Numbered from the stretch's first letter, positions 40,842-51,916 are shown. The stretch: 64,000 bases of DNA from an uncultured Planctomycetota bacterium (GCA_963719315.1 CAVRBU010000004.1:576001-640000); one strand, 5' to 3'. Notes: generated from the sequence alone by a model not told the origin. Program-made: numbers and translations.

Positions 40842-42371
40842 GGGTGGGCGTCTTTTTTGTTGGTGGTATTAGACGGCAGTCTGATACCAGAAGCCTTCCC
40901 ACTGTCCGGGCTGGCCGAGGAACAGGGCGCGGAGGTGGCAGACGCTGTCGCTGCCGGGCTCTCGCCAGCGCATCCCGCTGCCTTTGAGCCGTCCTCCCAC
41001 GACCAGCTTGCACGCGGCTTCCACCGGACCGGAGCCGATCATCCAACCGCGGGTCAAGTACGTGGGATAGTCCATGCGATGGACGTTGTTCCGCACGTAT
41101 TGTGCTTGTTGTCGGTAGCACTCCCGCTGGGCCTCGTTCCAGTCGCTCTGATCGAGCGATTCCCAACTGGCCACGAGCGCTGCTCCTCCTTCGTGCTTGA
41201 GCTTGTGACACCAGTCACGTTGTCGTTTGGCAAAGGCGCCGTCATCGCCCGGGTGAAGCGCACGAGCCAATTCGGCCACGTGCTCACTGGCATGGTAAAA
41301 GTCGAGGATCCGCACCGCCAGCGGCGCGTTCTTCTCGATGAAACGCTCCAAGCAAGGAGCGCCGTCGGTCAGCGCGATCTGTTGCTCGGCGTGGTCCCAG
41401 CCGACCTGCGCGGCCTGCCGGCGCCATTGCAGCCCCAAATCGTCTAAATCATGAAAACCGGCCAAATACCGCACTTGGTGTGGATCTTGGGCTGGTTGTT
41501 CCTCGAACGGCGAACGCGCATTGAAGACCATCGCCACCGCGGCCATCCGCGACTCCGCCGGGCCACCGCCGATGGCCTGCTGCGGCACCCCCGTGTGATC
41601 GACGGCCAGGTAGGCGCAGCGCCGACCCTCGGCATCCCGTTGCCAAAGCCAGTCTTCCTGGGGGCCAAACGTTTGCTTGGCCGCGAGTTTCGCTCCCAAG
41701 CGTTGGCCCGCTTCTTCCGTGACGCGCAGCACGGTCGACTCCGCCAACCGAATGCCACTCATGCGGACCAAGGCTCGTTCGGCCGCCAAGCCAAAGCTGC
41801 TCAGCGTGCCGGCCAGCGACGCCAGTTCCTCCGCGCCGGGCGTGACGTGCCGCGGGGTGAGGCCCAGCCGCTCGTCCCAGGGCTGCTGGCTCGCGCCGCA
41901 CTGGCAGCAGTAGTAATAGGTCCGCGTCAAACGGATGTCTCCCAGCAGGCTGACCAATCCTTTCGTTCGCCAGTCGATGAACTTCGCGCTGCCGCCGCAG
42001 GAGCAGGCTAAGCTAGCTCCCTGATAAGCGCCCCTTTTTTACACACTCGTTGGTGGCGGTCTCCAGCACGTTCGCTCCCAAATCGAACAACATGTCCCGC
42101 AACTCGAACTCGCCGCGGCCCAACAACTCCTCGGGCTTCTTCGCCGCCATCATCCGCGCCATGTTCTTCAACTGCTGTTCGGCCTGGCCCTTGAGCGACT
42201 CGTAAATCCGCTCCGCCGCCGCTTCCTCTTCCGCTGTCAGGTCCAGTTCCAACGCCTTGATCTGCTTGGCCATCGCTCTGCTCTCCGGTCTTCGAGTTCG
42301 AGAATTACCCCCCAATTGTCACAGACCCTTCAGCAGAGCAGATTTCCCCCCAACAATCGAGACGCCTACCC
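40842..42371 (-). mobile_element. ISKra4-family insertion sequence, 1530 bp
   Basis: TIRs GGGTGGGCGTCTTTTTTGTTGG and (reverse complement) GGGTAGGCGTCTCGATTGTTGG; no target duplication seen. Confidence 0.88.
40869..42315 (-). CDS. ISKra4-family transposase split in two frames at A6G4 (~42031-42040)
   Basis: RTYYYCCQC, TDGAP, ILDFYHASEH, RMDYPTY..RGWMIGSGPVEAACKLVV..RLKGSGMRW. Confidence 0.88.
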
Positions 42372-42522
42372 TATAGGACACCACCCCTCCGCGATTTGAT
42401 TGCCCTTTTTCGACGCAGTAGTTTACAATCGAAGAGTGATTGCCGATTTTCCAGGCGATGGGAACATGAGATGAGCAATTGGGTCGGGCAGGCAATCCGC
42501 GCTGAAGTCGGGCTCGGCCTTC

Positions 42523-45500
42523 TTGGCCGGAGTGCGCAATGGCCAGCGGGCCAACCCGTTGCGGCGCGCGTTCGCGTTCGAGACGCTGGAGCCGCGGCTA
42601 ACGCTTTCGGTCGCGCCTGGCCTCGTGAGTACGCCGCAGACCTACAGCGGCGCACTCAACGGCAAGATCGTTTTTACCAGCCCTGGACACGGCTGGCAGT
42701 GGAACACGACGCTCAACCGCTATGCCACCGACCGCGGCGACAACAACGAGATCGTCGAAGACTTCGGCAACCAGGACCAAATGACCCTGTACGCCGATTA
42801 TCTGCTGCGCGCCGGCGCGACTGTCGTGCCGATGCGGCCCGTCGGACGCCAAACGAACGAGGTTGTGCTGGACAACGATTCGGCCGGTGTGACGTTCACC
42901 GGAAACTGGTCCAACAGTGTCAGCACCAAGTATTACGACGAAGACTATGGCGCCGTGGCGGACACGGTTCCCTATCGCTATGCCGGCACGGTCATAGGCG
43001 CGGAAACCGCGACGGCCACCTACACGCCCAACATTCCCCAAGACGGGTTTTACCCCGTGTACACGTGGGTCCTCTATGGTACGGACCGCACCGAGCAAAC
43101 GTATCGAATCAATCACACGGGTGGCACGACTGAAATCAAAGTCGATCACAGCAAGGTCGGTTCCGGTTGGGTCTATCTGGGCACTTACCATTTCGACGCC
43201 GGAAGCTCCAGCACGGAGGGGTCGGTGCAGATCATCAACAAAGCTTCGGTTGCAGGCAAAGTCGTCATCGCCGACGCCATCCGTTTCGGCAACGGGATGG
43301 GCGACTACATCTGGACTGCATCCGGGGCGACGACCGTTTCGGGCTATCCACGCGAGGATGAGAATTCCTACCATTGGATCGCTCGCGAGGTCGGCATCGG
43401 GACGAGCCTGGCGACGGCGATCGGATCCGGAGCGACCAACGTCTCGGCCCCGTCGAACATGGCGCAATATATGTACCACGGCAGCTTTGGCGGCGCCTTG
43501 TATATGGGCATTCACTCGAATGCGGCCGGCGGGCGCGGGGCACGCGGTTTATATACGAACAGCTCGTCCCTCCGCACGCCGAACCAGGTCAATCTGGCGA
43601 TCATGATGGCCAACCAGATCAACCAAGACATGCAAAACCTCAACGGCGTGTTCGAATACAATTGGACGACGGGCACTACGAATACGGACTCCCACATCAA
43701 TTTTGGCGAGATCGATTTAGGCCCCAGCGCCGAGATGGATGCCACTATCATCGAAGTGGCATTTCACGACGACGTGATGGATGCCGCCATCATGCGCGAC
43801 CCGGCGGGCCGCGATCAAATCGCACGTTCCATGTATCAAGGGACGCTGCAGTATTTTGCGACGTACGGCAGCCCGCTGGTGACGAACACTAGCCTGCCGA
43901 CGCCGCCGACCAACGTTCGCGCGGTCAGCAACGCGAGCGGAGCGGTAACGATAAACTGGGCAGCGGGGGCGAATACGCCGGCCAGCGTGAACGGCGCCGC
44001 GGCGACCGGCTTTCGCATCTACGCCTCGATCGATGGTTATGGCTTCGATGGCGGGACGTTTGTTGCCGGCGGCGGCGCCACGAGCGCCACCCTGACCGGC
44101 TACGATCCGGCGAAACCGTATTACTTTCGGGTCGTGGCCGTGAACGCCGGCGGCGAATCGGAGCCCTCGGAAGTCGTCACGGCGCTGCCCAGCGGCGGCG
44201 TCAAGCAAGTGCTGGTCGTCAACGGTTTCGACCGCTTCGACCGCACCCAAGATTTCCGTTATCCCTACCTCGGCGGCTTGGTGGACCGCGTTTGGTCGCG
44301 CTACAACAACAGCTTTGATTACGTGGTGCAGGTGCAATCGGCGATTCAGGGATCGAAGCCAGGCGTACACGTGGCCAGCACCAGTAATGAAGCCGTCATC
44401 AGCGGCGCGGTGAACCTGAGCGATTACGACACGGTGGTTTGGATTCTCGGCACCGAGTCGACGGCCGATCACACGTTTGACGCCACCGAGCAGTCGAAGG
44501 TCACGAGTTTTATCAACGCCGGCGGCAACTTGTTTTTGAGCGGCGCGGAAATCGCCTGGGACCTGGATCAGCAGAACAACGGCCGCACGTTCTTCGAGAC
44601 GACGCTCAAGGGCAATTACGTCAATGACGACGCCGGCACGTACACCGCCACGGCGAACGCCGGCGGCATCTTCGCCGGGATGAGCAGTTTCGTCTTTTCG
44701 AACGGCTCTTCGTTTTCCCAGCTCGACTCGCAGTATTACAACGTCGCCTACCCCGACGTGATCAACCCGCAGGCCGGCGCCGTTTCCGCGCTGACGTACA
44801 GCGGCGGCACTGGCGGTTCGGCGGCGATTCAAGTCGCGGGCACCGGTGGCAAGGGCAGCATCGTGATGTTCGGCTTCCCGTTCGAGGTGATGACAAACGC
44901 CAGCCGGCGGATGGATGCAGTGGGCCGCATTTTGGGTTTCTTCGACGTGTCGGCCCCAGCTCCGGCCGTCGATATCAAGACCCGCGTCAACGGCCAGGAC
45001 GCCGATGTGGCGCCGGGACCGACCTTGGTTGCCGGCAGCACTGCTGCCTTTACGTACATCATCACCAATCCGGGCAATGTGCCGCTGAGCAGTCTGATCG
45101 TGAAAGACAACAACGGCACACCGGGCAACGCGGCCGACGACTTCAACGCGACTTACACCACCGGCGACACCAACTCCAACGGCCAGCTCGACGTGGGCGA
45201 GACTTGGACCTTTACCGCCTCGCGAACCGTCGTTGCCGGTCAATACACGACGACCGGCACCGCCACAGCCGTGGGCAATGCTCAATCGGTGATGGATACC
45301 GACCCGGCAAATTACTTCGGCATCATCCCGGAAAACGCCGACTTCAACGGCGACGGCACGGTCGACGCCGGCGACTACGTACTGTGGCGAAACAACAATG
45401 GGCTTCCCAGCGGCGCCACGCATTCGCAAGGAGACGCGAACGGCGACGGCGCGGTGAATTCGACGGACTACGATATCTGGCGGGGCCAATACGGGACATC

Positions 45501-45933
45501 ACCCGGCGCCGGTAGCGGGGCGGGAACCGCGGCGACCGGCACGGTGGCAGCCGTACCAGTGGCCAATTTTCCCAGCGCGGCGCTCGCCGTCTCGGCGCCG
45601 GTTGCCACGGCGTCGAATGATAATGCGGCACTCCAGGTCGCATTCGCCAAAGACGCCGCGTTTGGACGACTTCGCGACCACGCAAACGAACAGCACGCGG
45701 CTCAGCTTGGAAGGTTCACACTGCGAGAATTCAGGGTCAACGAGTCCCATAGTCATTGGGTAGCTTTGCTCAATGTCCTGGCGAATCGAAAAGCCGAACT
45801 GGACTTGGCAGAGCGTCCCGCCGCGGAGACTGAGAAGCCGCTAGCAAACGACTCCGCGTCCAGCCATGATCAGCCATCAGGGGACACATTGAGACAGTTT
45901 TCTCGATCCAAATTGGCCCCGTCTGACTTGTAA
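42523..45933 (+). CDS. Secreted multidomain N-acetylmuramoyl-L-alanine amidase-like protein (LEPR leader, golvesin/Xly-like insert, FN3, DUF11-like, dockerin-like)
   Basis: FETLEPRLTLS; SPGHG, GIHSNA, IIEVAFHD; GWVYLGTYHF..VIADAIRFG; YYFRVVAVNAGGES; ADFNGDGTVDAGDY; start uncertain. Confidence 0.78.
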   Translation: MAGVRNGQRANPLRRAFAFETLEPRLTLSVAPGLVSTPQTYSGALNGKIVFTSPGHGWQWNTTLNRYATDRGDNNEIVEDFGNQDQMTLYADYLLRAGATVVPMRPVGRQTNEVVLDNDSAGVTFTGNWSNSVSTKYYDEDYGAVADTVPYRYAGTVIGAETATATYTPNIPQDGFYPVYTWVLYGTDRTEQTYRINHTGGTTEIKVDHSKVGSGWVYLGTYHFDAGSSSTEGSVQIINKASVAGKVVIADAIRFGNGMGDYIWTASGATTVSGYPREDENSYHWIAREVGIGTSLATAIGSGATNVSAPSNMAQYMYHGSFGGALYMGIHSNAAGGRGARGLYTNSSSLRTPNQVNLAIMMANQINQDMQNLNGVFEYNWTTGTTNTDSHINFGEIDLGPSAEMDATIIEVAFHDDVMDAAIMRDPAGRDQIARSMYQGTLQYFATYGSPLVTNTSLPTPPTNVRAVSNASGAVTINWAAGANTPASVNGAAATGFRIYASIDGYGFDGGTFVAGGGATSATLTGYDPAKPYYFRVVAVNAGGESEPSEVVTALPSGGVKQVLVVNGFDRFDRTQDFRYPYLGGLVDRVWSRYNNSFDYVVQVQSAIQGSKPGVHVASTSNEAVISGAVNLSDYDTVVWILGTESTADHTFDATEQSKVTSFINAGGNLFLSGAEIAWDLDQQNNGRTFFETTLKGNYVNDDAGTYTATANAGGIFAGMSSFVFSNGSSFSQLDSQYYNVAYPDVINPQAGAVSALTYSGGTGGSAAIQVAGTGGKGSIVMFGFPFEVMTNASRRMDAVGRILGFFDVSAPAPAVDIKTRVNGQDADVAPGPTLVAGSTAAFTYIITNPGNVPLSSLIVKDNNGTPGNAADDFNATYTTGDTNSNGQLDVGETWTFTASRTVVAGQYTTTGTATAVGNAQSVMDTDPANYFGIIPENADFNGDGTVDAGDYVLWRNNNGLPSGATHSQGDANGDGAVNSTDYDIWRGQYGTSPGAGSGAGTAATGTVAAVPVANFPSAALAVSAPVATASNDNAALQVAFAKDAAFGRLRDHANEQHAAQLGRFTLREFRVNESHSHWVALLNVLANRKAELDLAERPAAETEKPLANDSASSHDQPSGDTLRQFSRSKLAPSDL

Positions 45934-46119
45934 TTCTCTGCTCGTCGAAGCCTGAAATATCGCGTATTTCCAGCGGTTTTTTGGGAGAGGCGAAATAATT
46001 GCCAAATCACGCGGTAAAACTTCCCGAATTGCTTGACAAACAGAGCGATCGAAAGGCATGCTATAAGTTGAGCCGGTTTTTCTCACCACATCATTTGCGT
46101 TTCATTCCTGGAGGGTCTA

Positions 46120-47091
46120 ATGAGATTCCGTTTGAGTTTCCTTTCGCTGGCTGCTGCATTGGCGCTGTTCAACGTATCATTCGCCGCGCCGCTCTATACG
46201 CAAGATTTCAATGTCGATGACACGGCCAATTGGACCGTGCTTCCGTCGACTGGCGCAAACGCCACCGATTACGTGGCCGATTTCTTTTATGACTACTCGG
46301 CGATTGGTGTTCCAGCCGCGCCGAATGGCACTGGCACGCGCGGCTTAAAAATGACGGTCAATAATAGCTCCGCCGTGTTCGGCGGAATCACTGTCTCGCC
46401 AAATGGTCAGAGTTTCTCGGGCAATTACTCCGTTTCTTTCGACATGTGGCAGAATTATGCTGGTCCGCTCGGTCCGGGTGGTAGCGGCACCACACAGTTA
46501 TCTCAGTATGGCATCGGCACGGCCGGCACGGCGACGCAATGGATCGGCTCCAGCCCGAAGGACAGCGTCACTTTCGGCACGACGCTCGACGGTGGGTCCG
46601 CTTCCGACTTCCGCGCTTATTCGTCGGCCGCTCCTACCTCGTATCCTTCCGGCAATGCCGTCTACCTCGCGCCCGGCGGTGCCATCAACAACAGTGATCC
46701 CTACTACATGGCGGCGTTTTTGCCGCAGTCGGCGCCGGCCGCACAAGTGCTTCTCTACCCTGGCCAAACCGGCAGCACCGATGCCGGCGAAACGAGCTTC
46801 CTGTGGCGAAGGGTCAATATTGAAGTAGCCGGCGGATTTGCAACCTGGTCGATTGATGGCACTCCGCTGGCGAAAGTGGACTTGAGCACGGTGACTTTGG
46901 GCGGCGGCAACATCCTGTTTGGTCACAGCGATACGAATTCAACCTCGTCGTCCGACCCGAACAACGTCGCACTCAATGTAACGCTAATTGACAATGTGGT
47001 GGTGGATATGGTGGTTCCCGAACCGGGCACGATTGTGCTGTGTCTCTGTGGCGCAATCGGGAGTTTGTTCATGCGGCGGCGGCGCTCGTAA
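46120..47091 (+). CDS. PEP-CTERM surface protein, paralog of 49241
   Basis: Signal peptide; ADFFYDYSAIGVPAAP; VPEP-TM-RRRR. Confidence 0.9.
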   Translation: MRFRLSFLSLAAALALFNVSFAAPLYTQDFNVDDTANWTVLPSTGANATDYVADFFYDYSAIGVPAAPNGTGTRGLKMTVNNSSAVFGGITVSPNGQSFSGNYSVSFDMWQNYAGPLGPGGSGTTQLSQYGIGTAGTATQWIGSSPKDSVTFGTTLDGGSASDFRAYSSAAPTSYPSGNAVYLAPGGAINNSDPYYMAAFLPQSAPAAQVLLYPGQTGSTDAGETSFLWRRVNIEVAGGFATWSIDGTPLAKVDLSTVTLGGGNILFGHSDTNSTSSSDPNNVALNVTLIDNVVVDMVVPEPGTIVLCLCGAIGSLFMRRRRS

Positions 47092-47129
47092 AAGAGGTCG
47101 CCTCGGCAAGTTTTTGCATCTTGAGACCC

Positions 47130-47163
47130 GCCCGCGGTTGTCGACAACCGCGGGCTTTTTGTT
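47130..47163 (+). terminator. Intrinsic terminator
   Basis: GCCCGCGGTTG-TCGA-CAACCGCGGGC then TTTTT. Confidence 0.85.
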
Positions 47164-47227
47164 GCGCAGTGCCGTTAGAAGGAAACGCATCGGCGCCACC
47201 GGATGTGTCGTTTTCGCCCGATCTATG

Positions 47228-47255
47228 TTGAGTTCTTAGCCGATCTGCCTAAAAT
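47228..47255 (+). promoter_or_regulatory. Sigma70-like promoter
   Basis: TTGAGT-N16-TAAAAT. Confidence 0.55.
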
Positions 47256-47321
47256 GGCAGCAAGGACGCTGTCGCCATTTTTGATATTGCTGCCGCCGAT
47301 TCTCTCATAGGACGCCGTTCC

Positions 47322-48459
47322 ATGAAGCATTTCAACCGCCGCCCGGAAGTTGACCGCAGGGGCTTCACACTCGTCGAGTTGCTGGTGGTGATCGCGATCA
47401 TCGGCGTTCTGGTCGCGTTGTTGCTGCCCGCCGTTCAGGCGGCGCGAAGCGGCCCGCCGCGCCCAGTGTCAAAGCAACATTCACAACGCGGCGATTGCCG
47501 TGCTGAATTACGAATCGACTAACAACCAACTGCCTAATGGAATGAATACCCCGGTAGCAGAGGCTTATGCCGGCGTCATGACGATCAAAACGTACCAGGC
47601 GAATTGGATCATCGATATTTTGCCGTTCATGGAGGAGCAGCCGTTGCACGATTCGTTCGATCTCGCGGTAAAGATCAACGATCCCACGGTGAACGGCCGC
47701 AACTACATCGTGCGCGGCACTCAGATTTCGGCATTGCTCTGCCCGAGCGACGGGTATAACAACGTGCTCTATCAAGGCGCGGCCGGCTCGAATCACAACG
47801 GGAATTACGCCCGTTGCAATTACGCGGCGAACGCCGGCCGGGCATTCATTTACGGTACGACTGCCAAGCCGACACAGAAACACTACAACACCGGAAGAGA
47901 TTCGAATGGTTGGAAAGATCCTTGCTACCGAGGCGTGATGGGCGTCAACACGGCGGTGTCGTTCAAGCGGATCACGGACGGCACAAGCAGCACGATCATG
48001 CTAGGTGAGATTCGCGCCGGTCTCACGGAAAAAGACTCGCGTGGCGTATGGGCGCTGGGCCACGCGGGAACCAGTCTCCTTGCGATGTTTGGTTCCGGCA
48101 GCGACGATAGCTCCCCCAATTATTGCGGCGCTCTCGCCGACGATGTTTTCAGCGAGAATTGCTACGCCGCCTCGAGATGCCAGATCGGCGGAGGCAGCGG
48201 GCCGACGGCCGCCGAATGCATGCCTTGCGGGGGCGCGACCTATGCGGCTCAGCAAACCACTCGTAGTTCGCACCCTGGCGGCGTATACGTCGCCATGTGC
48301 GACGGAAGCGTGCAATTCGTCAGCGACGATATCGAAACCACCGGCTGCTATGGGCAATGCTGCACGCCGTGGGATTACATGATCGCCAGCGCCGACGGTG
48401 GCGCTTTGGGGCCTTACAACGGAGGCACTACGTGCGTTAACCCGCCGCCTGCGATGTGA
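47322..48459 (+). CDS. DUF1559 prepilin-type protein, frameshift near 47447
   Basis: [56 protein letters not shown]. Confidence 0.92.
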
Positions 48460-48516
48460 GACTCCCATTTCCATAGTCGTGCTGTGGCCAATCGTCAGCT
48501 TTTTTCCCTGCGCTTC

Positions 48517-49008
48517 ATGATCCAGCAAATCATTGACATTCGACGCTCTTCGTTCGTGCTCTTGGCCGCCTTGATTTGCACGGCCGGACTTGCCGGCTGC
48601 CACCACGGGCCGCCGATGGCGCGAATCCGCGGAAAGGTCCACTTCAAGGACGGAACGATTCCGCAGGGCGAGTTGGCGATCGTGAAATTCAATCCGACGC
48701 AAGAGAGCAGTGCCGAAGTTCGCAAAAGCGCGACGGGCACAATCGATCCAAATGACGGATCGTTTGAGATGAACACCCGCAAAGCCGGCGACGGCGTTCA
48801 CTTCGGCGAGTATACGGTGACGTTCACGGTCGCCAAATCGGATGGGAGATTACTCGTCGCTCCCAAATTTGCCAGGCCGGCTGAGACTCCCTTCAAGGTT
48901 ACCGTCGAACGGGATCGGTCGGACCTGGATTACGAAGTCGAGCCGGCGCCGGCCGGGGGGGCTGGAAACACGAGCGGCGCGGCCGGTGACGGTCTGGGCC
49001 CGAGCTGA
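48517..49008 (+). CDS. Small lipoprotein of the DUF1559-partner type (carboxypeptidase-regulatory-like fold)
   Basis: LAGC lipobox; GKVHFKDG, ATGTID..GSF, GEYTVT, PKF. Confidence 0.75.
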   Translation: MIQQIIDIRRSSFVLLAALICTAGLAGCHHGPPMARIRGKVHFKDGTIPQGELAIVKFNPTQESSAEVRKSATGTIDPNDGSFEMNTRKAGDGVHFGEYTVTFTVAKSDGRLLVAPKFARPAETPFKVTVERDRSDLDYEVEPAPAGGAGNTSGAAGDGLGPS

Positions 49009-49240
49009 CGCTGGTAAAGCCCCCATACTGCGGAGAAGTGGCCGTTCGTTGCATCTCGGCATAAATGGCATGCGGCGAAGAACGCTCAAGCTCTCCTTCT
49101 TTGCAATTCTCCCAATAAAACGCAGCAATTGCTTGACACACGTGTTGCAATCGTGCCAAGATGAATAGGATATTGGAGTTACTGTTCGTACAGGCGGGCG
49201 GTTTGGTTCGGGCGACGATTTGTGCCACTGGGAGGATCCG

Positions 49241-50485
49241 ATGAGATCTAGTTTGTTTTCTGCAATGTTGGTTTTGACGCTACTGGTGCCGATGGTGGCG
49301 CGTGGGCAATTGTACACGGAGGATTTTGACGCCGATCACTCAGCCAATTGGCTGTTGAGCGCCAACGAAGGATTTGGCACCAGCCCCAGCGACGGTTTGG
49401 GAGATCCAGACGCAAGCGCCGACTTTTTCTTCGATTACAGCACGGTGGGAATTCCTTCGGCCCCACATTCCACGGGCGGCTCCACGCGGGGAATGAAGAT
49501 TCAAGCGAATCTCATCGCCGGCATCTTCGGCGGCGCAAGCGCTTCACCGGTCGGCCAAAGTTTTACGGGCGATTACAAACTCAACGTCGACGTATGGGGC
49601 AACTATGTGGGAGATCCAACGCTCGGTGTCGATCCGGGCGGGAATGGCCAGACTATGATGACGACGTATGGGATCTTGACCGACGGCGCAACGGGCGTCG
49701 TCCCCGGCGTGGCTGATGCCGTCTGGTTTGGCGCGACCGTCGATGGAGGTTCGGGCGCCGACTTTCGAGCGTATTCGATTGAAAGGACCATCAGTTACCA
49801 GGTGCCACCCGACGCCACGGTGCTCGACGGCGTGGGGCAACCGGTCGACGGGCACGCCAATTATCTTGCCGGGTCCCGTAACAATACGGCCTCGCTCTAC
49901 GCGGACAATTTCGGCGGCGCGACAGTTCCCGCGGCTCAGACGAATCTTTTTGCGGAGCAGTTCGGAACCACTCCGGCTGGCTCCACCGGCATGGCATGGC
50001 ACGACGTCGAGATCTCCAAGGTCGGCAATCTCGTGACGTGGAAGATCGACGGCGTGGAATTGATCACGCTCGACATGACGAATTTCACGACGCAGCCAGA
50101 CGGCAATAACATCTTCTTGGGCCATTCCGACATCAACGCCGGCTCCTCGGCCGAGCCCGACCGGTTCGACTTGGAATTCGCGTTATACGACAATGTGAAG
50201 GTCGAGGCCATCGTCGGCGTGCCAGGCGACTACAACAACAACGGCACTGTGGATGCAGCCGACTACGTGCTATACCGCAAGGGCATCGCACCGTTGACGA
50301 ACGAGGTCGCGGGCGTGACGCCCGGAACTACCACACCGGAAGACTATGATGCCTGGCGGGCCCGATTCGGCAATCCGCCGGGCAGCGGCAGCCTGGCCGA
50401 CGGAGCGGCGGTTCCCGAGCCGCAAACCATTGCGTTCGTGATGATTGGGCTGTTGCTGGGCGGGATTGGCCGTCGCCGCAAGTAG
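49241..50485 (+). CDS. PEP-CTERM protein with dockerin-like module
   Basis: ADFFFDYSTVGIPSAP; GDYNNNGTVDAADY; VPEP-TM-RRRK. Confidence 0.9.
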   Translation: MRSSLFSAMLVLTLLVPMVARGQLYTEDFDADHSANWLLSANEGFGTSPSDGLGDPDASADFFFDYSTVGIPSAPHSTGGSTRGMKIQANLIAGIFGGASASPVGQSFTGDYKLNVDVWGNYVGDPTLGVDPGGNGQTMMTTYGILTDGATGVVPGVADAVWFGATVDGGSGADFRAYSIERTISYQVPPDATVLDGVGQPVDGHANYLAGSRNNTASLYADNFGGATVPAAQTNLFAEQFGTTPAGSTGMAWHDVEISKVGNLVTWKIDGVELITLDMTNFTTQPDGNNIFLGHSDINAGSSAEPDRFDLEFALYDNVKVEAIVGVPGDYNNNGTVDAADYVLYRKGIAPLTNEVAGVTPGTTTPEDYDAWRARFGNPPGSGSLADGAAVPEPQTIAFVMIGLLLGGIGRRRK

Positions 50486-50583
50486 CAAAGCTCGCTCATT
50501 GCTGGAATTCGATTACTGGTAGCTCGATAGCGGGTTCTGGCGCAGACCTGCGCAAGGGGCGACTAAACCTCGCTCTTTTTGTA

Positions 50584-50611
50584 TTGAGTCTTTCGCTGGC
50601 TGCCCTACAAT
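50584..50611 (+). promoter_or_regulatory. Sigma70-like promoter
   Basis: TTGAGT-N16-TACAAT. Confidence 0.55.
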
Positions 50612-50626
50612 AACAAGGGGGATGCT

Positions 50627-50758
50627 CTAGTGCTTTGTCACAGCTTGATTTTAGGATTAGCCGCGGGGCGCTAGCCCCGGTTGGAGCGGCACAAACCGGG
50701 GCTAGCGCCCTGTGGCTGATGCGCCCAAGCCCAAATTTTAGCTGTGACAAAGCACTAG
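50627..50758. mobile_element. CTAG-type MITE (most intact copy)
   Basis: Perfect 19-bp ends CTAGTGCTTTGTCACAGCT / AGCTGTGACAAAGCACTAG; GGGCGCTAGCCCC hairpin core. Confidence 0.9.
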
Positions 50759-50800
50759 CTATTATTTTCTTATTGATTCCGTGCCCTCTTAGGATCTTCC

Positions 50801-51916
50801 ATGACATTTATCGTTCGCCGCCGAGGCGGCCTAGCGAAGGCATTTACGCTGGTCGAGTTATTGGTAGTGATCGCCATCATTGGCATCCTGGTAGCCCTGC
50901 TGTTGCCAGCCGTTCAGGCGGTGCGCGAAGCGGCACGGCGGAGCCAATGCAAGAACAATCTGAAACAGATCGGGCTCGGCTGCTTGCTCCACCTCGATAC
51001 GCACAAGTTCTTTCCCTCGGGCGGCTGGGGGCTCGACTGGACGGCCGATCCGAATCGCGGCTCTGGGGAAGACCAACCCGGTTCTTGGATCTACAACATC
51101 CTGCCGTATATGGAGGAGGGAACGTTGCACGATCTTGGCTCGGGCCAGGCCGTCACTAGCGCGGCGTTTAGGGACGCCAGCATCAAACGGCACCAAACAC
51201 GCGTCGCCGGTTTCATGTGCCCTAGTCGCCGGGCAGCGCAACTGTATATAGCCCACTGGGTCACCGTTCAGGAACAATCGTGGTTGCCGACAATTGCGCA
51301 AACACAGGGCGTTGCCAAAAGCGACTACGCGGCTAATTCCGGCGATTCCAGATGGATCAGCGGCGACAACTTTTACCGACCGACCAGCTACGCAAACATC
51401 CGTAGCGATTTGTGGCAACTCACGAATATTTGTGATACGACCGGCAATCCAAAGATCGACCAATATGTCCAATTTTGCCAAACTGGCGTCATGTTTTTTC
51501 GCAGTGAGCTGAAGATCGCGCGGGTCTCTGACGGCGCCTCCAAAACGTATATGGTCGGCGAAAAATGGATGCCGGCCAACGGGTACGACGGCACGAACGA
51601 CATCAATGCGCCAGGTTTCACCTACGGCGACAACCAGTCGATGTACACGGGGTATGAGTCGGACAACCATCGCGGGGCGTGGAATCTGAGATCGTCCCCC
51701 AGCTTGCAGGAAGACTCCCAGCCGGCACAGGATCGCGCCGGCGCCTCCGATCTAACGCCGGAGGAACGGCGGTTTGGCAGTGCGCATTCTTCCGCGTTTA
51801 ACATGGCGTTTTGCGACGGGTCGGTCCACAGCGTCAACTACGATATCGATCCCGTGACGCACAGCCGGCTGGCGCATCGCTATGACGGCGACCTGGTCAG
51901 CGGCCAGGACTTCTAG
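50801..51916 (+). CDS. DUF1559 prepilin-type protein
   Basis: [56 protein letters not shown]. Confidence 0.95.
   Translation: MTFIVRRRGGLAKAFTLVELLVVIAIIGILVALLLPAVQAVREAARRSQCKNNLKQIGLGCLLHLDTHKFFPSGGWGLDWTADPNRGSGEDQPGSWIYNILPYMEEGTLHDLGSGQAVTSAAFRDASIKRHQTRVAGFMCPSRRAAQLYIAHWVTVQEQSWLPTIAQTQGVAKSDYAANSGDSRWISGDNFYRPTSYANIRSDLWQLTNICDTTGNPKIDQYVQFCQTGVMFFRSELKIARVSDGASKTYMVGEKWMPANGYDGTNDINAPGFTYGDNQSMYTGYESDNHRGAWNLRSSPSLQEDSQPAQDRAGASDLTPEERRFGSAHSSAFNMAFCDGSVHSVNYDIDPVTHSRLAHRYDGDLVSGQDF

Noticed and set aside
45340..45495. Cellulosome implied by dockerin-like repeats
   Set aside because: No cohesin or scaffoldin in the window; these modules are common tails of planctomycete extracellular proteins
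46033..46067. TTGACA...TATAAG promoter for the 46120 gene
   Set aside because: The 23-nt spacer is too long; only the extended -10 is plausible
50496..50807. Small ORFs crossing MITEs (also 53101-53313 and the 22338 N-terminal extension)
   Set aside because: Translations of repeat DNA, with no RBS or family features
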